A stretch of DNA of 63,599 nt, counting the filler, from Lenisia limosa (lineage: Eukaryota > Protista > Breviatea): assembly GCA_001655205.1 (NCBI GenBank). It is 11 parts of 11 records of this genome, joined end to end, with 100 filler letters (N's around TTAATTAATTAA, not from the genome) between each part and the next. Parts side by side here need not be neighbours in the genome. Positions count along the whole stretch, not along the records: positions 13,300 to 30,047 come from LPNZ01006490.1; positions 30,148 to 31,988 come from LPNZ01010726.1; positions 32,089 to 33,202 come from LPNZ01000987.1; positions 33,303 to 36,179 come from LPNZ01010381.1; 7 more parts are not named here. One strand, given 5' to 3'. Positions 22,758-35,028 of the stretch are shown piece by piece (position 1 is the first letter of the stretch; the number at the start of each line of letters is the position of its first letter). Position numbers and translations under genes: made by a program. The notes below the pieces were generated by a model. It saw nothing but the letters and a program-made list of their open reading frames with translations, was not told the DNA's origin and did not search any database.

Positions 22758-25700
22758 CTATGACGCAAACTCCTGGTCGACATCCATGTCCTATACAAAT
22801 GAGGAAAGGTATACATAATAAAAAAAAGATAACAGATGATACATATTCATTTTCATTTGAAGCCGTCAAAATCCCCAGCCCAAACAATTTCAATTTCCTC
22901 AGTTATCACCAAACCAATCCATACCTTGATGCCAAGCTCATCATCCATCTCTTCGGATCGTTCTGAGGCGAGTTAGGATGGAAAGGAAGAATTGGGATTG
23001 AGACACGGAGAAACAGAAGAAGAGAGCCAAGAAAGAAAGGAGAAAACTATTCCATTGTTTTTGCAACACTAAATAAGCCAAGTAAGTGAGAGAGAGGAGC
23101 TTACCGTAGTCTTCAGTTGTCATGTTGGGATCTTCATCAGGAGCAAAAATGTTCTGAACGTAGGAGTGTGCAAGGGGGTCGTCAAGGATCAGGGTGAACG
23201 GCAAAATCTCACCGTGTTGCACCTAACAGTCAGGATACTTGAGAAAAGGCAAGAAAGCAAGCATAACAGGTGTAAAAATGAGACAACGTACCCCAGCCCA
23301 CCTTCTGAAGGGTAGCGATGAAGTCCTTGAAGGTGTCCTTTTTGAACTCCTCAGTGGCATCACCAATTTGGAAGGGATGTGTCTTCTCAAGCTGCGAGCT
23401 AATCTGGAGAGTCAATGGAATGGGCATGTTTCCGTATTATTGATCTAAACTACACAGAAATTAAAATCATCAAGTTATCATATAGCGTAGCCGCCACCCC
23501 AGTTGCCACCTGACCTGTTCCAACATGCCTTCAACGGTCGTGAACTTTCCTCCTAAGGTGCCCATAGTAACCTCAAGGTCAACCTCTGGGATCTCAAGAC
23601 TGCATGTTTCTGACTGAGATGGGGGAATAGGTGAACAATGAAAATTCTAGTCACACAAAGTTATGAATCCGTGCAATTAATTTTTTGAAGAATTAAAGTG
23701 CCTGAAATGAGGTTCCCACTACAATAGGTCTCACATCAAATTTTGTCATTAAACAAGAAACAACTCTTGAAGCAAACGGACAAGGTGCCCCCCTCACCTT
23801 CAGGATGTCACGATTAAGATCCTCGGCATCTTCAATGAGAAGAGAAATCCTGCAGAATTAATAGGAAAGAAAACTCTGTTGAGCCCATCACATGCATCAT
23901 GATATCATGAGGGCTTCACTTCAGTTTGAAAAACCCCCCGTAAAAATATCGATAGTTTTCGAAAATTTATCGACAAATTCAGTCTTTTTTCGTACCGAAG
24001 TGAAGCCCTAGATACCAACTGTCATATTTAAACACCTCTCACTTTCTACCCTTAGCGGGGATGCCTCCGACGGCCTTGACATCGTTGCTCTTAGCACCGC
24101 AATGGTCGCATGACAGCGACATCAGAACCACCTCCTTGAAGTGCGGAATGCCTAGTGTAAGCGTCAGGAGGAAAGAATGATGGACATGAATACATAAAAG
24201 CAAATGCCCCCACTAGTTTTGAAGATTCTGGTCTCAGCGTCTTCACCGCAAACATGGCAACTGCCCGGGAAGATGACAACCTCGTCAGGGGTGTCCTGAG
24301 TTGGTTAATCTCAAGATAATTCACCTCTTCCCCCAACTTATTGTACTTAATCATTGTTGGCTGATTTACTCTCCCTTTGCCCACCCCCTGCATGTTTGTC
24401 TCCTTATCAGCCTCAGGGTCGAGGTTAATAAGACGGCATTGCTCCTCAGTTCGTTTGTAGTGTGTCATCTGCGGAGTGAAGGAAGGAACTATGCCATTGT
24501 ATTGGCGGAAGGATGACGGGTTAAGAGGAATAGATAGCAGCAACACATACGAGTACACAGTAATATAGTATAATATCAACTCAGCTGAACGAATATAAAA
24601 ATGTCATAGTAGTATGCTTTGGGAAAATACGAAAAATTCCAGGCCAGTGGAGCCAACTTCACCCAGAATTTCTCTTTAACAACTAGCATTCTTCATTTGG
24701 GTTTCTAAATGTGAAGACACGAAGCAAACTTTGATTGATGGGTCAGGGTGGGGGGCTCTAGGGTTCTCAAGGAAGGAATTTCCCGCGGGATCATCAACAG
24801 TAAACTCAAAGGGAGACTCAACTGAATAATTACAAAGGATAGTGAGTACTCTGTTCGATTAATCATTGATCACTTATTAAAAACTACTTAATCTGTGCAT
24901 GATACATCTCGACATATTACTATTCAGCGAAGTAACTCCCAAAAGGGATAAACAATACAATGTGCTATAAAGCTGAATCCTTATTCTCCCCAAAGCCAAA
25001 ATGACAGATCCATACCATCCAAAGCGTCCTTCAGTTTTTGAACAAAAGCCGTGAGCTTCATACCCGTTTCAGGATCGTTGACCTTGAACGTTAAGGGTTT
25101 TTACCAGACTCCAGCGGTGCGATATAAGTGCTGTTTTGTCCCAGATATCATATCATTACTTACAGCCCCAATGTATTATCGATCGCTTTGAAGGCCCATT
25201 TACCAGGTAGTGGGGAAGGTCAGTGGAAAGTCCCTCGATTGTCTTGGTAATGATGCCCTCAATTGTAGTCATGGACCCCTTTCTGAAACAGTGAAGGGTG
25301 GATGTGGGGGGTTAAATCGACTATAAATAGCTAAATCCTTCTGTGATGTTTTTCAAATTGGCTAAAAATTTGAATCGATATTCCTCCATCCCTTATAAAA
25401 CCATTNNNNNNNNNNNNNNNNNNNNNNNNNNNNNNNNNNNNNNNNNNNNNNNNNNNNNNNNNNNNNNNNNNNNNNNNNNNNNNNNNNNNNNNNNNNNNNN
25501 NNNNNNNNNNNTGCTGCAGCTGTTGGACTTGACAACCATGCGCTGAAGATCCTAACAGCATGTTAATTAACTAATTCAACACAGGTGCCCTTGATGAACC
25601 ACCTTTACAGCATCCAACTCTTGAAAACATATGGTTTAACTACACTGGCTTCCTGTTGGTCTCGAAAGCAACACTCTTGGCGAACCTCGGGGGAGTTAAC

Positions 25701-26233
25701 CATTAGGGAGTATTTCACACCGCGAGGCTCGATGGTGGAAGCCGGCTGGATGTCGCTGTGCCGGAAGTGGCTGGAGAGTGTTAATTGGATCATGTATTGA
25801 TATGCGGTTACATGGGATGAGGAACATTATGCGTTATTGAAAATTCAAAAATTGGGTTCAAACGTGTGGAATAAAGTCCAAAAGCCCAAGAAGCCAGCAG
25901 TGAGCCATGAAGAAATGAAAATGTTGGATTTGCTCCTATTTTGATTTTATAATATTCATTTATGGACAAGATGAACGGAAGTCAAAGCGGAGAAGCGGAA
26001 GACCATGATCAGTAAGTGGCTGTGGTAAAAAATTCAACGAATTTCATGTCTTGGTCGTACCAATGAGGGCATTCAAACGCCATAATGACAATATTACGGA
26101 AGAATGGGATGCGGGTGACGAGCATGCGAGTGGTCCCGTTCTCCTCGCAGTTGTAGCAGAGAGACTCGACCGTCTCGACCTGAGACTCATCGCTGATGTC
26201 CTTAAAGACTTCTTCGCCTGCTGATTTGGTCAT
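22758..26233 (-). CDS. ZPR1: Zinc finger protein ZPR1
   Basis: Both ZPR1 modules are present: [36 protein letters not shown]...TTIEG...[12 protein letters not shown], and FPGSCHVCG...[25 protein letters not shown]...[17 protein letters not shown]...[11 protein letters not shown]...[12 protein letters not shown]...ELGIKDM. Exons join in phase except across one N gap. Confidence 0.97.
23908..24010. mobile_element. MITE family A copy in a ZPR1 intron
   Basis: GAGGGCTTCACTTCAGTTTG...GTACCGAAGTGAAGCCCTA; flanks GATATCA / GATACCA. Confidence 0.8.
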
Positions 26234-26344
26234 AGTAAAGGCCCAGTTTCGCGAAATCTGTACTTAAGTTTATATGTCGGACCTGGGGAGTCATTCTTAT
26301 TTCAATTGTTAAACCTGTTTAAAGCATGGGGTGTATACTACCCA

Positions 26345-26503
26345 TGTGCCATCAACCCACCACACAACAGAGTATCATCACATCAACCACCACACAACAG
26401 AGTATCATCACTTCAACAGAGTATCATCACATCAACCACCACACAACAGAGTATCGTCACATCAACCACCGCACAACACCCACACAACAGAGTATCATCA
26501 CAT
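26345..26503. repeat. Tandem repeat, ~30-bp unit (CATCAACCACCACACAACAGAGTATCATCA)
   Basis: At least 4-5 near-identical units, some truncated, running into an N gap. No unique spacers. Confidence 0.9.
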
Positions 26504-27186
26504 NNNNNNNNNNNNNNNNNNNNNNNNNNNNNNNNNNNNNNNNNNNNNNNNNNNNNNNNNNNNNNNNNNNNNNNNNNNNNNNNNNNNNNNNNNNNNTATC
26601 ATGCAGCTGCAGCAAAGCAGAAACTAAGGAAAAGGAAGAGGCAAGCAGAAGCAGCACGTGCCACTCTGGTTTTTACAGCACAGAAGCGAAGTACAGAAGT
26701 AAGCTGCAACATGGTGTGTAGCAATTTTTTTATTTTTGGTGAATTAAAAAAAAAATAGAAGATCGAGTTGGGTTCGACGTCTCCATTCTGATTCAGTAGC
26801 AGAGGAAGAGCTATTTCCCAAAAGGTATCTCTCATTGTTTGAACAATAAGGAATTTCATTGGCAGAAATCTTAAAGCGATACAATGTTTAGAAAAGTAAC
26901 GGGAAAAACCAAAAATAAAGGTTAAATAGCCTTGAACTGAACTTGAACTGAACTTGAACTGAACTGTCAATTCACGAATTTATGATATTAGGTTTCGATA
27001 AAAATAACTGTAATTCTCCGTGTAAGCGATATCTGTTTGCCATCTTTAGTGTTAGTGTCTTAACAATTTTTTTGATTTAAATAAAGGGAAAACTATCGCT
27101 TGACTCGTCATAAACGAACATATCTATATAGATCAAAAGATCCGTTTAAATAATTTTTTGAATTTTTTGAAAGCATGTAATTCAGT

Positions 27187-30048
27187 ATGCGGTTAGAGGA
27201 GGAAATCTCCATACGAGTACTGTATGAAATAATCTTGTTTCTTTCAGTGGTTTGGCTGTCTGGAAGACTATGTGCAAAATTCAAAATTCATCCGCTCGTT
27301 GGAGAACTGATTACAGGTCAGCTATATGAGTATTTTGCAGAAGGAGGTTGTGAAAATACATCTGACAGCCAGGATTTTCGCTTGGGCCGAACGGGGCTGA
27401 CGTTATCCCCTTCCTAAGCTTCTCCGGCTCCCCTCACCTCTGGTTTTACCTTGGATACATTGGAATATGTCTAATGTGCATGGAAACGTAGGTTATATCA
27501 TGTCAGTTTCTCACAGCCAGTGGTATGCATGTTGATCTTCTTCGCCTCTGGAATTCTCCTGGCAAGCCCCTTCTCTCAATGGCTATCTCGTCATTGGTCC
27601 TATTTGGTGCAGTTCTCCTGATGATGATACAAGGTGAGGATAAGCTCCTTCAGTTGTCCTTCACTTTTTCGCACAAGTGGCCTGATCCCTTAGAGTCTTC
27701 TCACGACATTGTGATGACATTTCTTGCCCTCCTCCCCCCAAGTATGCCAGGCCTGGTCGGGGCGCTTCATCACCATCGCCAGCTTAAGTCTAATCTGGGG
27801 CAGGTATGAAAGGGTCTCCTCCTGCTGTGATAGACATCAAATTGACGTCATAATATTTGTTTTTGTCGTTATCAGCATCATTTTCTTCTCTTGCTACCCG
27901 GCGGATACGATTTTGAATTCTTGGACTACGTTGAGAAAACGTTGAGTCTGCACAACTGTTGATCCAGAAAAAAATTTGATTTCATAAAGCCTTTACCTTC
28001 CGCTTCGAGAGGGTTCATCATCTTTATTTTCTTCGATATTGTCTATTGTCAGTGTCTATTGTCAGTGATCTACCGGGCTGGATTCCTTGCTTGACATAAT
28101 TTTTTCCCTGCCTGTTGGCTGTAGTGACCAGTTAGTCCGTTGGTTTTTTGCTGTTTTCAAACCCTCTGTGTTTTGTGAGCCAATTGAGTTGAATTTGAAT
28201 ATTTTGGGTTCGTAAATGTTCCATTTCTACCCCCCCCCCCCANNNNNNNNNNNNNNNNNNNNNNNNNNNNNNNNNNNNNNNNNNNNNNNNNNNNNNNNNN
28301 NNNNNNTGTAGGGAGTGGTGCTGGAGATCTTCATGCTGATTTGTCTGAGTATTGGCGGCCTTTCTGTTGCGGTGGCGTGGGCCCATGACCCCGCTCTCAT
28401 CAACGTTATCCTGATCTCCCTTGGCACGGGTATGAAGGAGATTCTCTTTGCGTTTGTCTCCTGCAACCTTTGTAATGCAGTTGTTGTTAAAAATGGGTTT
28501 ACTGACTCTTCAGCTGGATATCTGGTTGTCTCTGTGGCTCTTGCGCTGAGCCTCTTCCCGAGCTTGGTGTCTTTTCTAACTTCTTTGGTTGGTAAAGGGT
28601 GTTGTGTCTTTTGATTTATACGGTCCATAAGCTGTGATAAATAGTCACACCTCTTTTTATGACAAAGTTAGACAATGATACCGTTATCCAATTGAAAATG
28701 TCTTCAACTCATTGCACATCCCCAGGGACGCGGGCACAAGGACCATGACGTCAGAGACTCCACGCATGCCGCCTTTATCACCGTTATGACTGTTGCTTGT
28801 GCCTCCGCAACCGCTGTTGTCGGTATGAAACCACTTTATTCAAAAAAAAAAAAAAAAATTGGCTGTGTTTTGAGTTTTTGGGGAGTGAATTTTGTTTTCT
28901 TTTTCTTTTTCTTTGTTTTTTTGGACTTGTGTAATTACACGCCTCTTAAGCTTACTAGCCTATCATTTCTGTTATCTTAACTTTCAGATATTCCAATTCT
29001 TGGAGCACTCTGCTCAGGGTAAGTCCGAATAGTTTTTTTTTTAATAGTGCTGTTTTACAGTTATTCAAACTAAAGGATATCGAATGTGATATAATAATAC
29101 AGACCAACATGTTATTCTCTAACATTATGGCTTTTCCCACTCCAAAGATTAACAAACACATTTGACTGTCTAGTGTTCTGTTTTCTGGAGTACCAAGGTC
29201 ACTAAAAGTCTGGAAGAACCGCGCTGCCTCCACCGTGAATTGGCTCCTTCGACTTTATTTCTCTGTTTTCCTGGGGTCACAGCTTACCTCCGATGACATG
29301 TTCAATGCCAAGGCCTTCCAACAAGGTACAGCTTGCATGTTTTGTTTACTTTAATGTATCAGATGTCTCACCAATATTGTTTCTCTTTTTTTTCATGAAT
29401 CTCTATATTATTGTTTTTGCAAACATTTCACTACCCCCACCCCTCCTCAGGCCTGATTCTGTTCATTTTCGGCTGCCTGGTTGCCAAGGTCCTTTCCGCT
29501 TTCAGGCTCAATCTTGACGGGTTGGTTGGGATCAGTTCTTTAGGATTATTGAACTTCTATCAATACCAGTCTTAAAAATATAGAAAAGTTCTACTAAGTT
29601 TCTAAAAGTATGATGCCAGATTATTTGCGAGACATAGCATGGAACAACAATCCTTTGTTAACTCAATATAGATGGGTGTACGGCTCAGCCTCAATGGGGA
29701 TCGGAGATATCAGCTTAGTGGTGAGCCGAATGAAAGTTTTAATAGTCTGTATCCATTCTTGCACATCATTTCACATTCCCATTCTTCTCATTTTACACAG
29801 ATTATCGGAATTGCTCTCGATACTCCTTGTACTTCCTGCGATGGTAAGATTGGGTAACAATTGTACATCATGCCAAGAGCTTCACTTCAGTGCAAAACAG
29901 ACTGTATTTGAGAATAAACATTTTGTCTTGTCTAACCTTTTGGTGTGGATAAAGGATGCACAACTTTTCAATTTTTTTTAGTTGGTTTTTCTCATGCCCC
30001 CAGACGCACACTTAATATCCACGCCGGCAGCAGCAGCAGTGATTTGGN
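27187..30048 (+). CDS. Divergent cation/proton antiporter (CPA2/KefC-like Na+/H+ exchanger fold); 3' end in gap
   Basis: Hydrophobic exons with family-like motifs in order: PLVGELITG; YLGYIG...SGMHVDL; LLPPSMPGLVGALHHHRQLKSNLGQ; PILGALCSG; WKNRAASTVNWLLRLYFSVFLG; GCLVAK; SMGIGDISLV. Confidence 0.75.
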
Positions 30049-30291
30049 NNNNNNNNNNNNNNNNNNNNNNNNNNNNNNNNNNNNNNNNNNNTTAATTAAT
30101 TAANNNNNNNNNNNNNNNNNNNNNNNNNNNNNNNNNNNNNNNNNNNNTAAACGGTCTTTTTCGAAGCCCTGGTTATATTGAGGGGGTGAAACAGTTATAT
30201 GTTGTGATCATGTGTGTGGGGAGGGGCTTACACCAATATTCTTCATTGAAATTTCCTTCATCCCCACCCTTTTCCCACAATCCAGCCCAAG

Positions 30292-31200
30292 ACCAAAAGG
30301 CGGTTTTCAATCGATTTCGGCAGGCGAAAATCCGACACGCCGACAACGCCCAAGTAGGGGGGGGGGGGNNNNNNNNNNNNNNNNNNNNNNNNNNNNNNNN
30401 NNNNNNNNNNNNNNNNNNNNNNNNNNNNNNNNNNNNNNNNNNNNNNNNNNNNNNNNNNNNNNNNNNNNNNNNNNNNNNNNNNNNNNNNNNNNNNNNNNNN
30501 NNNNNNNNNNNNNNNNNNNNNNNAGTCATCCACAATCAAGGAATAGAGGGAGGGAGGGGTGCTTGCGTTCTTATGTTTCTGTGTTTTCTTCGTCTTTTTG
30601 TACTTCTTTTTTAACTTTCTTTTGATAAAACGAGTTTGGTCCAATTGGTGATATTTTAGCGAGGTAATGCAAGTGATTAGCTGAATTAGCATTAAATAAG
30701 TCTCAATAGTAGCAAAACTAAAAGAGGGAGCAAGAAATTATAGGGAAACATAAGAATACATATGGCGCGGCTAGGGCCAGCTGAGGCCCATCGACTTGGT
30801 ATTCCCATATTATTTGGGATTATAGTATGATTTACCCAAACATTTTCTAAAAACTCTGCTTTCTGTGTACCTCATTCTACAGCAATATATCACATAATGA
30901 TCTTCATTTAAAACACTTTCTTGCACCTGAAACTTGAATGACAACAATCACAAAGTTCATTAACATCATCTTGACTCAATAGCATATGCTTCTTGGAGAG
31001 AAAACAAAACGAAAAAGAGAAATGAAAAAAACAACAACTAAAGGGGGATATTCCGTTTTTGTTAGCTCGTTCGCGGCCTTTTTACGCGTTCCTTTGACGC
31101 CACTTCTTTGCGTTTGCGCTCATTTGACTGAATTGATGTGTTGCTTGGAGGGAGTTGGAGCCGTGCGGATTGGAGATTATTTGGACCTGGGGGATAAATG
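30292..31200 (+). CDS. 3' exons of an unidentified gene (possibly the antiporter tail)
   Basis: GT-AG bounded exons AQDQKAVFNRFRQAKIRHADNAQ, LVRGLFTRSFDATSL, GVGAVRIGDYLDLGDK*. Separated from the antiporter by an unsized gap. Confidence 0.3.
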
Positions 31201-31279
31201 AAGGAAATATCGATGAAGAATAGTGGCATTAAGGAGTTTCCCTCCTCCCCCAACCCTCAATTCAAAGAATATACAATTC

Positions 31280-31482
31280 AATACTCACCCACCATCATCA
31301 CCACCATCATCATCACCACCCTCATCATCATCATCATCACCCCATCACACAGAATGTTTTTTAAAACAAGATTTGTAATGTGTTTTTGACGAAATCAAAA
31401 AAAGACCACTTGTAATACCACCACCACCATCACTATCACCATCTTCACCACCACCACCATCATCATCACCATCATCGTCATC
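31280..31482. repeat. (CAT/CAC)n trinucleotide microsatellites
   Basis: Two imperfect CACCAT/CATCAT tracts in intergenic DNA. Confidence 0.85.
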
Positions 31483-32555
31483 TCATTAGGGCAACACTAC
31501 CTCCACCCCAACACAAACACTCTCTTTTTACAACTCCAGCACCCCAAAAATTATATCATCCCAAACCCCGGGGTAACAGGCCAAAGGACCATAACTCCTT
31601 CTTCTCCCCCCCAAACCCTCGGGTAACAGTTCAAAGGACCGCGGCTGCTCCTTCTTCTCGCCTAGTCGCTTTTTGGGCGGAATTGGAGGGACGNNNNNNN
31701 NNNNNNNNNNNNNNNNNNNNNNNNNNNNNNNNNNNNNNNNNNNNNNNNNNNNNNNNNNNNNNNNNNNNNNNNNNNNNNNNNNNNNNNNNNNNNNNNNNNN
31801 AACAACACACGAGGGTCGATAACAACAAAACAAACAAGCCCAAAAAAGGGAGGGAGAGATACATGGGAAAACTACCCCTACACACACACACACACACAAT
31901 ATTCAAGAAATATATTTATCTCTGTTCAAAAACAATATTAAATATAACCCACTTTAGATTTATTTGTTCCCCCTAGATTTCTAATGTANNNNNNNNNNNN
32001 NNNNNNNNNNNNNNNNNNNNNNNNNNNNNNNNTTAATTAATTAANNNNNNNNNNNNNNNNNNNNNNNNNNNNNNNNNNNNNNNNNNNNGATGTTGACCCT
32101 CCAATCGAAGTCACTGAGGTGGGTGGTTTTTTATTCTTATTATTGTAGTTGTTTTTTTTTTACAACAGATTCTTATGATTTCTGGGGAGGTACATGAATA
32201 GCTGTGTACACAGAGTGGTAAAACAAACGAGAAATAATATGATATGATTTTTCATTCGCTAAGTAATCTCATATTTTGCTCTCTATTTAAATACGATGAT
32301 GACCTGTTTACATGGTACAATCCAAATAGATAATGACAAGGAAGTAAACATGGATTCTTGCTGACCCTTCCCTCCACTAGGCTGTAGCATTGTCCCTCAA
32401 TCTGTTCCTCTTCTACGATCTCGACCCCCTTGCTATCCACTTCACCAAATCCGACCCAGTCCCCCTCCCGCCCGTTCTCAATCTGAAGACGCTTTTCTCC
32501 ACTTACTGTAGGCGTTTTGGCGAGTCTGAATAAGGTTCACTGTCATCAACAAATA

Positions 32556-32624
32556 CATTGACCGGGATAAGTCTTGATCGATTTTCCTTGGGGGGAAATC
32601 GGTCAAGACTTATCCTGGTCGCTG
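32556..32624. mobile_element. MITE family B (Tc1/mariner-like)
   Basis: TA followed by CATTGACCGGGATAAGTCTTGATCGATTTTCC...GGAAATCGGTCAAGACTTATCCTGGTCGCTG; almost entirely TIR. Confidence 0.8.
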
Positions 32625-32662
32625 TGTATTTTGAAATACTCTATGATATGTGATGCACATCA

Positions 32663-32885
32663 TAGGGTTTCACTTCGGTTCGAAAAAAGAGTGTATTTCT
32701 CGATAAATCCTCGAAAACTATCGATATTTTGTCGGTCTTTTTCGAACCAGAGTGAAACCCTTGATAAACACTGCCTATAATATCATAGCATCGTACAGTC
32801 GGTTCGAAAAAACCGGGAAATATCGATATTTTTCGAGAAATTTTCGACAAATTCAATCTTTTTTTCGAACCGAAGCGAAGCCCTA
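32663..32885. mobile_element. Two adjacent MITE family A copies (32663-32762 and ~32799-32885)
   Basis: TAGGGTTTCACTTCGGTTCG...GTGAAACCCTT, then a 5'-clipped copy ending GAAGCGAAGCCCTA. Confidence 0.8.
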
Positions 32886-33419
32886 ATCGTCAACTTGTGA
32901 TAGGATTGTGTTACGTAACTCACTGTGCTTGCTCTATTTGTTGTCACCGCTGATCCATCGATATGTAGATAATCTTTTTCACAACCCAGCCAATCTCGCG
33001 CGACTATTGGGAACCTCATTTCCCCTCAAAACGCATGGTGTGAAGTCTACCTGGAGCTCCGGCCTCGTGGAAACCCTATTGGTGGGGGGTAACTTGGCAA
33101 TAGTATATGATGTATATACACTATCTTATCTTGTCTATTTAGTATTATATATAGACAAAACATGAATCACGGGACAAAACTGTGAATCAGGGACAAAACT
33201 GTNNNNNNNNNNNNNNNNNNNNNNNNNNNNNNNNNNNNNNNNNNNNTTAATTAATTAANNNNNNNNNNNNNNNNNNNNNNNNNNNNNNNNNNNNNNNNNN
33301 NNAAAAAAAAAAAAAAAAAACCCGACAATCTCTGCAGGTGCAGGAATAATGTACAAGTGAAAATATATGGTCATCAAAAAAAAGTAGAGATCCCTGATGG
33401 ATGATGCGAGGGTTTCTGA

Positions 33420-34556
33420 AAGGAAAATAACAAAAGCCCTTCGCACATTGAGGGTGCTTTCACCCCTGCCTGGGCGCTGTAGTTGGCTCCGGAGGCTTTG
33501 GAAACTTCGGCAAGAATAACCTTGGGGGGGGGGGGGGNNNNNNNNNNNNNNNNNNNNNNNNNNNNNNNNNNNNNNNNNNNNNNNNNNNNNNNNNNNNNNN
33601 NNNNNNNNNNNNNNNNNNNNNNNNNNNNNNNNNNNNNNNNNNNNNNNNNNNNNNNNNNNNNNNNNNNNNNNNNNNNNNNNNNNNNNNNNNNNNNNNNNNN
33701 NNNNNNNNNNNNNNNNNNNNNNNNNNNNNNNNNNNNNNNNNNNNNNNNNNNNNNNNNNNNNNNNNNNNNNNNNNNNNNNNNNNNNNNNNNNNNNNNNNNN
33801 NNNNNNNNNNNNNNNNNNNNNNNNNNNCTTGTAAGCCTAATTATAATACATCGATACAAGGTTGTATCTGGGCATTGTTGTTAATAATAATAAAATCTTG
33901 GAATGGACTAATAGTCTTCTTCAGCAATACTCCACCCATCAGAAGGATAACGCTCGTCCAATCTCCCTTCCAATTCATGAACCTCATGACAGAAACCATA
34001 ATTCATGTGACTTCTCTTAAAAAGATAGTAAATACTCCACTACTCACATAAAGCGCCTTCTGGACAGTGGGAATGTGGCCTGGAGTGGTTCCTTTTCTCA
34101 TTGAGGGGACTGCCTCTCCAACAAATGTGATGAACACCAGCTAAAGGGAAGTAAGAGTGATCTAAATCTGTGGAATTCAGGGAAAACTGGATTAACAGAA
34201 TGTTCAAATAAACTCTGAAATTTCTATCTAAAGAGATTAGCAAGCTAGTCAGGCCTAGAAGAAGAAGAGGAAGAAAGGGAATACCTTAGGAAGCTTGGTT
34301 TTGGGGTCGATAACTGAGGCGAAGTAATACTGCACCTTTGAGTCTTCAACTTCATCAAGCATTTCCTTGAGTCCCCCACTGCCTGACTCGGCAACCTTCA
34401 GTTTGTCCGTCTTTTTCACATATGAAAGGACCATCCTGCTTTTGTTAGTTTTTAACCTTTGAAATATACCATTACAAACCAGTTTGTAGGGTTTTTAGGG
34501 TCACAGATTTCCTTGTAAGTGTCATTGATTTCGCTATCGGAAATATCTACGCTCAT
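33420..34556 (-). CDS. Drebrin/Abp1-like actin-binding protein (ADF-H domain); gene probably continues toward ~32300-31500
   Basis: MSVDISDSEINDTYKEICDPKNPTNW / MVLSYVKKTDKLKVAESGSGGLKEMLDEVEDSKVQYYFASVIDPKTKLPK / LVFITFVGEAVPSMRKGTTPGHIPTVQKAL, then ...EVSKASGANYS, the signature following the ADF-H domain in DBNL/Abp1. No SH3 domain found in the visible sequence. Confidence 0.85.
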
Positions 34557-35028
34557 TTTCCTTTTATTTCCTGATAAAAAAAAGTCAAAACAAGTGCAAA
34601 ACCCAAATTCCCAAAAATGAAATAACCAAAAACCACAAAAATGGAAAATGTAATTAATGTGATATTAATGTGATGGTTTCCTTCTGATGACACCTCTACC
34701 CTATCGCTTGATTGTACTAATTAGCAACATGGCCCGTGTGGTTCAGCTGTGGTGTTTGTCAACAAGCCTTGTTTCAATGTAGTTCGAATGTAGTTGCTAT
34801 GTTGTAGCAAGGTGGAGTAGATATAACCAAATCTATGAATATAAATTCCTCCTCATAGGTTGTAGCCTCAGCCTCATGTCTTCCGAGGAGGATTCAAGTA
34901 TTGATTGGGGGTATTGAGTATTGAGGTCTAACGCTGTAGCGTTATAGCTGGGGTTTAACAAAATGCTAACATCTGAACATCTGATGGACACTGCAAGAAA
35001 ACATAAATGAAAACAACAAACACATGGT

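Noticed and set aside
26345-26503. Possible CRISPR array
   Set aside because: Units are contiguous with no unique spacers, the context is eukaryotic and there are no cas genes.
31198-31482. His/Thr/Ile-rich ORFs
   Set aside because: Translation of (CAT/CAC)n microsatellites.
31528-33100. Expected SH3 domain(s) of the Abp1-like gene
   Set aside because: No ALYDY/WW/P.NY motifs in the visible sequence; the exons here could not be phased, so no domain is claimed.
33374-33884. Long ORFs in the track that span N runs (also 30173-30692, 38065-38502, 58278-58829)
   Set aside because: Open only because N codons contain no stops.
34557-35028. FAR-like/ADF-H gene fusion
   Set aside because: The FAR-like frame ends GAG TAG at 35029 and the ADF-H gene has its own ATG at 34556.
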